This document shows positions 53,457-64,000 of a DNA stretch of 64,000 bases, piece after piece (within the stretch, counting starts at the first letter, position 1; each line of letters starts with the position of its first letter). The notes under the pieces were generated by a model, which ran no database searches, was not told the origin of the DNA, and saw only the letters and a program-made list of their open reading frames with translations. Origin of the DNA: Octopus vulgaris (Eukaryota). The stretch lies in assembly GCA_951406725.2 (NCBI GenBank), contig OX597814.1, positions 162,378,001 to 162,442,000 of the forward strand, in the 5' to 3' direction. The translations under genes and the position numbers were made by a program.

Positions 53457-53520
53457 GTTACTTTGTTCCAGGAGACCGCTCGTAAATCGGGGACGTAAAC
53501 ACACCAACACCGGTTGTAAA
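52955..53520. mobile_element. SINE family B pieces in alternating orientation
   Basis: + head part, (TA)n, - head part 53112-53162, + tail, (TA)n, - tail part. Confidence 0.8.
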
Positions 53521-54374
53521 GTGAAAAGTTGCAAAGCAGAGCAATAATTTCCCATAGTAGCAATGTTATAAAACGTAATTCTTTCCCAGGAAAATATGTT
53601 ATGTATAAAATCTATAATACTCGTAAATAAATGACAATAAAAAAACAGTAGACTGTAAAGAGTATTTTATGTAAAGTTAAAAGAATGTCGAGATCATTTA
53701 GAATAAAAAAAATATAATTATGATAATCGTTCTCTGTATCATTTCCATTCGCACTAGACTGGCGCACACTATCACTTGTAGACGCGATCGCCAATTCACA
53801 AGCACTCGTGGATGGACTTGTAGATTTCTTTTTACAATTGAGGTATTATTGCCCTGTTTTTGTTACCACTTTAACTCTCCGCAAACCCCAAATTTTATTT
53901 AATTTGCCTTGCGGGAATGACTGTTTTAACGAAGTCGCGTTTTGTCCCAACGTTCGTAATGCGGAGTAGATAAAACGGGACAACTGATGAAGGGATTGTT
54001 CTTTATGTTGCCTGTCTTGTTTCTCTATTAGTTTCTTTCGTTGTTCAAAAACAAAAGTTCGTTTTCCGAAACTCCTCTTCCCAACCCCTCGGAAATCTTT
54101 TCCAGCAAATCTTTACATACACACAAGCTACGAGATATAAGCGAATATTTGGTGAAAGTTTCGTTAAAAAGTATCCACTTTTAGGGAAATTATGAAGCAA
54201 CAAAGTCGGTGGAGTATTAAACTGTAGTTATGCCTTTTTTCAATAAACGTTAATATTAATGGATCAACGTTAACTTCCGTTACATTTTCAAAGAATTAAC
54301 GGATTAACGAAGTTAACTTTTCGATTAACGGTGCCCACATGTGCACGTATATATATATATATATATATATATAT

Positions 54375-54540
54375 TTCTCTCTTTGTTTCTCTCCTTGTTT
54401 TTTCTGTGTCACTTTCGGTAGAAGAGCGTAGGCTCGAAACGTAAAAGACTTTTTCTATTCCTGAGCGTTATACTAATACATCTGTTTGTTTTGTACACCA
54501 CCTGTCTTCGTCTTTTGCTTTTTTCGTAAACTCTCCCTAT
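54375..54540 (+). mobile_element. Penelope-like pLTR fragment with variant hammerhead (family P)
   Basis: GTC-AC-TTT-CGGTAGA-A-GAGC-GTAG-GCTC-GAAAC-GTA-AAA-GAC at 54408-54449; between (TA)n tracts. Confidence 0.65.
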
Positions 54541-54983
54541 ATACATATATACATATATGCACGAAAATAAGTCATGCATTGTTAATTTATTTTTCAGTAT
54601 GTTTTTCCAAGTTTTCAAATTCTAAATAATATAATTTATATAAACAATTGTTTGCCCTTTTTCGGCTAGTTGTTGCAGAGCAGTACAATATATTTGATTC
54701 TATTGACATTAGTATTTTACTGGTATTTTATTTCATCAAATTCTGTGGAGTTAGAGCTTAAGTTAGATTAAGCAAAGGAAATAAATCATGCGATGTATTT
54801 AGTCAGCCGTTATACGTCGGCTTCTTCACTTCTGTGTATACACTTCTGTGGCTGATCTCATGGATATAAAGACACATACTTGCAAAAGAGACTAAATTGG
54901 CGGTTGAATAACGTCCATTATATGAATGATACTTATTATTAAATCAACCCTATTACCTGAACTAGGGGCTGGTTTTAAATTAG

Positions 54984-55032
<49 letters not shown>

Positions 55033-55177
55033 AGAGAGATGTATGCTTGGATATGCTAGAAAGAACAATTACATCTCTCGAATTATACTTAACAGAAAAT
55101 ACTACAACTACTACTACTACTACTACTACTACAACAACTACTACTACTACTACTAATAATAATAATGATGATAATAA

Positions 55178-55525
55178 TCCTTTCTACTATAGTCATAAGG
55201 GCTGAAATTTAGGGGATGGGGATAGTCGATTACATCAACCCAGTACTCAACTGGTACCTATTTCATCCCGAAAATATGAAAGGCAAAGTCGACCTCGGCG
55301 GAATTTGAACCCAGAAATAATTCTTTCTACCAAAGGCACAAGGCGTGACATTTTGGGGGAAGGGATTAGTCGATTACATCGATCTCAGGGTTCAACTGGT
55401 ACTTATTTTATCGACCCTGAAAGGATGAAAGGCAAAGTTGACCTCGACGGAATTTGAGCTTAGAACGTAAAGACGTACGAAATGCCAACAAGCATTTTGT
55501 CCAGCGTGCTAACAATTCTGCCTTT
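55178..55525 (-). mobile_element. SINE family A dimer
   Basis: Two reverse core units plus head. Confidence 0.88.
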
Positions 55526-57710
55526 CAGAAATACTAAACTCACTTGATTCGGACAAACTTGGAATCTGTCAATTCCTTGGTTATAAGCCTGATGAAGAAA
55601 CACTCGAAGTAAGCTCAATAACGAAGATTCCGGCCATAATTGAAACTTACAAACCACACGAAAACTGTATTCAGACAGGATCAATTCAACAGAAAATTTT
55701 AATGAAAGCGATAAATTGCAATATAGTCTGATGACTGTGATAAATGTGGCTCATTCTAGCGAAGTAGATCTGTAGATGGCGGATGAAATCATTCAGAATG
55801 TCTCGAGAGAGAATCGGGAGAATTTCCTGTTCAGCAGATAAGCAAGTGACGAAAGGTTAATCATGGCAAGGCGAAAAATATAAAAAAAAATGGAGGCATA
55901 AATATGAAAAAAAGTAAATAAGGAAACAGATGTTAGTGTGTAATTTATATTGCAATGAAAACGTGTTGGACTAGATGAGAACTGTGTGGCAGAGGGAAAG
56001 AACGACCGGTAAAGTGGGGAAGGAGAGAGAGAGAGAAGTGAGAAGAGGGGCAGAGAGATATAAAGTAGAAAAAATATCGATCTCTTAAATGAATGCGGAG
56101 TACAAGTATACATGAATGACCCTTGCTACTGGACTAGTACTTCTCAAATCGACTTCATTAATTGAACTAATGCTGGATTTTGAAGTAAAAGCAGATGGTG
56201 CAGTGCTTATAATCGGAAAAGGTGACATTTCGCTTGAATATCTAGACAATTAGCTTCATCGCTAATGTTTCAGAAAACATGATATAAGCAAGTAGCTACA
56301 AGAAATTGGCGGGGTGATATTTTAAAAATGTATTGATGAAACTAGCTATAGCTTCGACAAAGCTGGTAGATTTAATTCGTTGCCGTTGTCCACCCTGCTC
56401 ATATGAGCAAAGAGTCCTTGATCACATTATTCAAGGTGTCCTTTTCGTAGATGATGGGGTGAGTTAAGGCAGATTTGGTTGCTACTTCTTGTAGATCGAT
56501 TGATACGCAACTGCTTCACCGTTGGCATGAAAAGAGGGAGATTGTAGAAGTATGTAAACAATGGAAAAATATTTTGTGCTTTGTGAACATTAAACGAAAC
56601 TGAAAAATTTCAGACCAAATGGGTGGTAGAGACTAAAAACGTAAAGAGATATAGCTACATACTGCTGGGTATTTAGTCCGTCATTGCTACTGCTGCTTCA
56701 ACTTAAGTAATATCATTTACAATAATAATTTATAATACTTTTACATGTATTTATTGGGAAGAACTTAAATAGTCAAATAAAATTTCTCCGCACATTGTCC
56801 GTTTACTAAATTTCTATCATTGGTTTAGGACAATCCATGGCTATGTCAGAAAATACTTGCCTGAAATACACCAATTTAGGGCAATAAGCTGGTGAGATCG
56901 TTAGGGCGTCAGACGAAATAGATGGCTTCTGGTGTTTAAACCAACTCTTTTTGTTCTGATATCAAATCCTACTGCCGCCTACTTGGGTTGCAAAGTTAAT
57001 CTATCATCCAGTTTAATACCACCATCTGGCCTTTGGAATCCTCTCTGTTGCAAGCATCCGTGTCACATCTCCCATGGGAAGATAACTTCCTCCCACTCTT
57101 CAGCCAGCCTCGGAGGTCTGGTTAAGAATTACCGGGTACTGCCATCTCTCCCTCTAAGTGCTAAAGTGGACATACAGTCCCACAACCCACCACAGACAAT
57201 ATATTTTCCTTACTCGAAACTGCGTCAAGCAAAGTTCATAGGCCATACTTAGGATCAGGTTGAGAGAAACTTTGGAGTAATATTAATACAGGAAAAACTC
57301 TCTCTCACTATACATACATACACACACACACATATGAAGGTCATTTGTAATGGTTGGTCACAGAGTGACCACTGGATTCGCACCTATGAAGCGTTTATCT
57401 GTAAAGGCGTCTCGTCAGACCTAAATGACCGGAGGCACATAACCTCTCTACAACTAGAGGGAGGAAATACGTTATGGTCAGTTAATTTTGTAAACAAACA
57501 TTTCCGGTATCGACCAGACTGTCAGATACTGTGATGCACTGCTGGTCACCATGCGCTTCATCGTATTGTTGTAGCTTTCGAATGATGCCACCCTGCAATT
57601 CTCCTTGATCGGAACGTTAGTCTGTAGCAGACTTACCTATTTACGCTCGCGTGTACATTTAAAATAATGGCAATAAAATAACTGACAAAAGAGGTAAATG
57701 AAATCGGATA

Positions 57711-57781
<71 letters not shown>

Positions 57782-58661
57782 GTCTGTCTGTCTGGCTGTC
57801 TATCTACCTACCTACCTACCTGTCTGTCTGTCTATTTATCTGCCTGTCAGCCCGTTCGTCCGTGTATGTATGTATGTATCTCGCTATTAATCTACACAGA
57901 CTATAACTACAATAATGAATGTAAGTAATTCATTTAGTTACACAAATGCTGAAATATTCTGAGAATGTATTCGATTATAAAAAGAAAAAAAAGCGAGAAA
58001 GAAAGAAAGATAACAACCAAAGCTATCTACGTTAAATGAGTATTTTTCATATTAATTCTGAAACTCAATGTAAAAGTTGACTAAATTTTATCACTATTAA
58101 ACAACCCATGCGAGTGGCTTTTACAAGTCGTTTTCTGTAATGTTAATATAGCATTGAGTGCAGAACTACAACAAAAAGATATTAAAACTATATCATTCCA
58201 AAATACAGCTCGTAAAATATATTTTGTATATCAGCATACAATAACAATTTCGCTAGGTATACAAGTGAATGATGATATTAAAAATATGAGGATTATTTTT
58301 TTTTTTGCAAAATAAATTTCACAAAAATAGGAAAGAAAAAGACAAACTTTTAGAGCAGAGAAAGAAATTTCTTAAAGGAACATAAATTTTAAAATAATTT
58401 GAGATTCATATAATTACGTTTACCTATACGTATATACGAGCACAAACACGCGCATACACATGTATCTCTCTCCTCTCCCCCTCTCTGTCTATTTAGACCT
58501 ATATAAACACACTCATATTAGTGTACATATGAATGTATGCATGTATGTATGTATGCATGAATGTGTGTATGTCTCTCGCTCTCTGCACATTTATATACAC
58601 ACACATACACCCCTACACTTGGCTATGTGCGTTTGTCTGTGTGTATATATCTATACATGTA

Positions 58662-58692
<31 letters not shown>

Positions 58693-59241
58693 GACTACTC
58701 AAACACACACAAGTATATGTGTATGAGTGTATATATGAATGTATGTGTGTATGCATGCGTGTATGCATCTCTCTCTCCTCTGTACAATTATCAGTACACA
58801 CGCACGAGGGAATATCTGTGTGTGTGTATACATATGTGTGTGTGTGTGTGTGTGTTTGTGTGTGCACACCCCCATCCGCGCACACACACACCTGTACGCA
58901 CACACCTGTACACGCACACATGCACACACTCACACAAACACACACATACACGCGCACGTACTCATGGGGAAACAAAATTAATCAAACAGGTTTTTTTTTG
59001 TAAATTTGGAGCATAAGTGTGTAATATATGCTGAAATTTAGATAATTCGCCCCAAACGCTGAAATGCTTTCTTTACACGCTTTTACTAGCATTTTTCCAG
59101 AGAAAAACAAAATCTTGTTTTATGAAGTTACGTAATGAGTTTTAAGAAGAAAAGCGAATTTCCATGAATTTTCACATTTTCATCATCTATCTTTAGGGTT
59201 AAAATCACAGTTAAGGCAGTAGAAATTAAAATCGTAAATTT

Positions 59242-59675
59242 AGGCGCAGGCATGGCTCTGTGGTTAAGAAGTTCGTTTTGAAGCTCCTTAGTTACAGGTT
59301 CTGTCATATTTGGCGACAACTTGGACAAGTGCCTTCTCCTACAGCTCCCTAGATGGCCAATGTCTTGTGAGTGAATTTGCTAGATCGAAACTATGGATAC
59401 CCGTCGTGTATGTATGTGTGTGTGTGTGTGTGTGTATTTGTGTGTGTGTATGTGTGTGTGTGTTGTGTCAACCTGTGCTTGTGCCCTTACTTCTTGATAA
59501 CGGGTGTAGGTTAGCTTACGTCTCCGTGACTTAGCGGATCGTCAAAAGATTCCGATAGGATAAATACTAGACTTACAAAATAAATGCTGGAGTCGATTTA
59601 TCGACTTGAAACCAGTTAAGGTTTGTGCTCCAACACGGCCACAGTTCAGTGACAGATACAAGTGAAAGATGAAAG
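59242..59675 (+). mobile_element. SINE family B, diverged full-length copy
   Basis: GGCGCAGGCATGGCTCTGTGGTTAAG head, (TG)n, GTGCTCCAACACGGCCACAG tail. Confidence 0.82.
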
Positions 59676-60046
59676 CTAGAAGTGGATAGCTCTTATTCTG
59701 AATAATTCTTTAGAATAAAACAAAGTTTGTAAAAAGCATTTAAAACACATAAAGTGTACGTTCAAGTTTCTTTTTATCGGAAGTGTACAATAAGTTTCTT
59801 TTAAAGTTAAAATTAAAGTTTGTGCGTAAATAGCTTTAATTACAACCTCAAAAGCAAGATTAATTCACGTTCTTTTTTTTTTCGTTGTATTAGATAAGAC
59901 CGGAAATTGCATGTCGTAGTTGATATTAAAAGACAAATTGAAATAGGCACACCATTTTAAAATCCATATGGTAGTGAAGCACATGAGTTTACTGCCAACA
60001 TCCAGCCCCCCCCCCCCTATACAAACTTATATATATATATATAAAT

Positions 60047-60352
60047 GGCAGTTCCGATGACGAGGGTTCCAGTTGATCCGATCAACAGAACAGCCTGCTC
60101 GTGAAGTTAACGTGCAAGTGGTTGAGCACTCCACAGGCACAAGTACCCTTAACGTAGTTCTCAGGGAGATTCAGTATTATACAGAATGTGATAAGGCTAG
60201 CCCTTTGAAATACAAGTACTACTCATTTGCCAGCTGAGTGGACTGGAGCAACGTGAAATAAAGTGTCTCGTTCAAGGACACAACAGGCCGCCGTGAATCG
60301 AACTCACGACCTTACGATCGTGAGCCGAATACCCTAACCACTAATCCACGCA
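60047..60352 (-). mobile_element. SINE family C-type (CORE-like) with a different 3' half
   Basis: Reverse head GCGTGGATTAGTGGTTAGGGTATTCGG..GAGTTCGATTC; core GACACTTTATTTCACGTTGCTCCAGTCCACTCAGCTG. Confidence 0.88.
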
Positions 60353-60649
60353 TTTTTACCCAGAAACTTACACAGTAGACCCAGAAATGCCGCCCCTATA
60401 AAAGCGTCGCCCGAGGCGGACCACACTACTCGCCTCTCGTTAGCTACGCTGTTGCCTAAGATTATGTACAAATACTGATGATAGAAGACTGAATTTCTTA
60501 TTTCGGAAGTGTACTTGCCAGGAAAATGATTTGATTTGAGACCGTGCGTTGAAACTAAAACGATTGCAGCGTGAAAAACATATATTAAGCCATTCAAAAA
60601 CACACAAAGGCTGTCGACTTCACTTAAACATTTATTATTTGGTTTCAAT

Positions 60650-60840
60650 AAGGCAGCGAACCGGCAGATTCATTAGCACTCTGGGCAAGATGCTTAGCGG
60701 CATTTCGTCCGCCTTTACGATCTGAGTTCAAATTCTGCCGAGGTTGACTTTACCTTTCATCTTCTCGGGCACTGGGGTCGACGTAATCGAATTACCTCTT
60801 CCTTCGAAATTACTGACCTTGTGCCAAAATTTGAAATCAT
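60650..60840 (+). mobile_element. SINE family A
   Basis: Head plus internally deleted core. Confidence 0.82.
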
Positions 60841-61055
60841 TATTTGGTGTTTACATCTGCAGCAACCCATCTGTAACCTGGTCGATGGCGGTAAAGTCAA
60901 GAGGATCAAGGCTTAATCCTCGATTATTTCCAGAGAAACCATCAGTTATCTGGCCGATAACCGAAGAAGAGTTGGTGACCTTCTATGTTTTCAGTTCGTC
61001 TGTGTATTTAGTATATATTCGTATGTTTATTTACTACACGTTTTTTAAAAATTAT

Positions 61056-61121
<66 letters not shown>

Positions 61122-62213
61122 ACATACAGATATGTCACATTTTCCGTTTGTTGTCTTTTCATTTAATCCTGAAAATATTATTTATGCTACGCAAGCACTC
61201 ATTAATTTTTTTACCCCCGATATTATATATATAATGCATGTGTGTGTGTGTGTGTGTGTGTGTGTATAAAGTCAGTAATGTACAAACATTTATTTGGATT
61301 TTTTTGTAGACATTGAGGGATTGCATACTTCTAGTGTAAATAATACCTGTGACTACTAAAATCAATGAAGTAGGAGCTATTATACTGAATATAATAAACT
61401 AAGAAATTTAACAGAATAAAACGACATTACTCGTAGAAGGTTAGAAAAGAACAAAATATTCTGTTCTCTGGTTGTGTCGACACAGAACCAAATGTTAGAC
61501 TCACTCCTCATTGCTTGCACTTTTGATTAATTAATTTTAATCAATTCAAATACTGGGGTTACCTCCCTTACTTTTTTCCCCACAAATAGTTATTAATAAA
61601 ATTTTCTCTCTCATCAATACGGGTGCAATTTTCAATCAAATTTCAATTAAAATTTCTTGCTTCACGACATCAAACATATTAACGCCTACACTGTGGCTGT
61701 GTTATTTCCAATAATGGCGCTCATCCACAATCTACTCGTCAGTTTACATATTTCGTTGTATTTATTATCATTGTATATTATGTTCGCCACCTAGACCTAC
61801 TTTAAAATCATATATGAATGAACTAGTGTATATCTGTTGTGGTAACTCAATCTGTGGCAACTCAGTGATAATATCTCATTGCCAAAATAACGATGAAAAC
61901 ACACCAGCAATAGGTGAACATATCAGTAAACTAACAGTTGCCACTGAACAAATGTAAATTATCATATCGAAGCATAACCGACGAACGGATTTATTTTTAG
62001 GCGAAACATGAACGAGCGCGCGTGCGCACACACACTTGTTTACAGAGAGGAAGAGGTAGAGATAGAGAGAGGGAGGAGACAAAGGTAGTAGAAAAAATGG
62101 AATTGTGAGAGTGGGTGTTAGAGTGACAAAGAAATGGAAAAAGAAAAGCAATATAAATGAATATATATATGTGTGTGTGCGTGTATGTACGCATACATAT
62201 ATACATACGTAGA

Positions 62214-62250
<37 letters not shown>

Positions 62251-62273
62251 CGTGTGTGTGTGTGTATATTTAC

Positions 62274-62324
<51 letters not shown>

Positions 62325-63022
62325 ATAGATAGATAGATAGATCAGTAGGGTGATAGATAAATAAATAGAGAGGAGGAGGAAGAAGAGGGCTGTGGAAGGT
62401 AATATGTGTTGGGAAATGCTATTGTTTCTCTGTCTGTCTGTCTGTCTGTCTCTTTCTCCCCACTCTCTCTCTCTAATATAATGATATATAAATTTAGATA
62501 GACAAAGAATCCATTTTGTGATTGGTTGATTTCAAAGAACAGTAAACGACTCCGTTAATGGCGATCTCAACGGAAGAGAGGAAGTAAAACGTTTAATGAG
62601 ATATTTACAAATAACAAGACCAGGTGTGCGTGTGTTTGTGTGTGTGTGTTTGTTTGTGTATGTGTGTGTGTGTGTTTGTGTGTGCGTGCGTGTGTGTTTG
62701 TGTGAATATAGTAGGGAAATATACTAAAATTACTATAATGATATACACCCGGAGGGTACAATAAAAATGAGAAAGAAATGTATGACAGGAAATTACAGTG
62801 AGATAAATAGCTAGCTAGATAGATAAATAGATTGATAGACAGATATATAGATAGCTAGTAGATAGATAGATAGATACATGCATACTTATATACATGCATA
62901 CATAAGAAGCAAGAACAAAACAAGGAGTTTCTAGTTGGAATGGTGATTTCTGGGGGTTAAAAGGACCAGAAAAAAGGACTAAATCTATTTCATTATTCAG
63001 TACTGGAAAGGCGTTAAATGGA

Positions 63023-63101
<79 letters not shown>

Positions 63102-63366
63102 AGTGGGAGGCAGACGAGAAGAAAAATAGATAGAGACGATAAACATGGAGAAATTGATCTATGTATGTATCTGTCGGTCTACGTATGCACCTAGCATCAT
63201 AGCATCATAATTTTGAAATATCTATAAAATCGTCAAAAGCTTGTTTATTTTTATGTTTTTTGATTTATTATTAGTGTTGCTAAATATGTTTTGCTAAATA
63301 TGTTTTGCTAAAATTGCTTTTTCTTTTCAGATAACATCAGAAAAAGGTAATTAAAATTCATTAAGG

Positions 63367-64000
63367 TGATAGATCTATCGGACTTTCAAAGAGGGCAAAT
63401 TGTTGGTGCTCGTATAGCAGGTGCTAGCGTAACGAAAACAGCCGATAAGTTTGGTGTATGAAGAAGTACTGTCTCGAAAGCAATGACAGCCTTTGAGAAA
63501 GATGGAAAAACCTCCTCGTCGAAACAAAACTCCGGAAGAAAACCAAAATTCTCAGATAGGGACCGTCGGACTCTTACTCGAATTGTTAGAAAGGATCACA
63601 AAACTACAGCTCCCAAAATTACTGCAGAGCAGAGCTTAATGACCACCTCGAGAACCCAGTTTCCACAAAAACTGTTCAAAGCCGGATTTCATGGGAGGGT
63701 TGCAATCAGAAAACCACTACTTTCAAAAACAAACGTTGCAAAGCGTTTAGTAGGAGTAAAAAAACCTACAGAATTGGTCCTTAGATCAGTGGAAGAATGT
63801 TATTTTCTCGCACGAGTCATTCTTTACTTTATTTCCTACCACCGGCCGAGTATACGTGTGGAGACAGCCAAAAGAAACATTTGACCCAGACTGCCTTCTT
63901 CCAACTGTTAAACATGAAGGAGGAGCTTTGATGATCTGGGGTGGGAGCTATATCTTGGAAATCCCCCGGCCCAATGGTTTCCCTTCATGACAGAATTAAT
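63367..64000 (+). mobile_element. Decayed Tc1 transposase, runs off the window
   Basis: DLSDFQRGQIVGARIAGASVTKTA..*RSTVSK..SGRKPKFSDRDRR; WKNVIFSHES; PTVKHEGGALMIWG; stop and frameshifts. Confidence 0.92.

Larger units (their letters stand above)
51612..54813. mobile_element. Long-inverted-repeat (foldback-like) element with nested insertions
   Basis: Outer arms 51612-51845 / 54555-54813 and inner arms ~52047-52140 / 52857-52945 are reverse complements (roughly 80-88% by eye). Confidence 0.7.

Overview
AT-rich, microsatellite-dense eukaryotic DNA with no intact protein-coding gene. Almost all listed ORFs are translations of (TA)n, (TACA)n, (CA)n, (AAT)n or (ACT)n repeats. The SINE families and repeat landscape point to a coleoid cephalopod, most likely Octopus (inferred, not database-checked); the window looks intronic or intergenic. 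It contains dozens of copies of at least 4 SINE-like families, three decayed mariner elements, two Tc1 remnants, several MITEs (one with an 8-bp TSD and internal TTAGGG repeats), a near full-length but dead R4/Dong-type RLE retrotransposon between (TACA)n arrays, RTE and CR1/L2-like LINE ends, and a ~3.2-kb long-inverted-repeat element. Most interesting signals: (1) a set of Penelope-type minimal hammerhead ribozyme motifs, one with an intact core and a built-in antisense 'off' fold at 47252-47318; (2) a LINE 3' end sharing its tail with a major SINE; (3) repeated association of different retroelements with specific microsatellites; (4) a multi-stem RNA-like element in a 2-kb repeat-free island; (5) a few candidate minus-strand small exons. 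All folds and alignments were done by eye, and many repeat boundaries are approximate.
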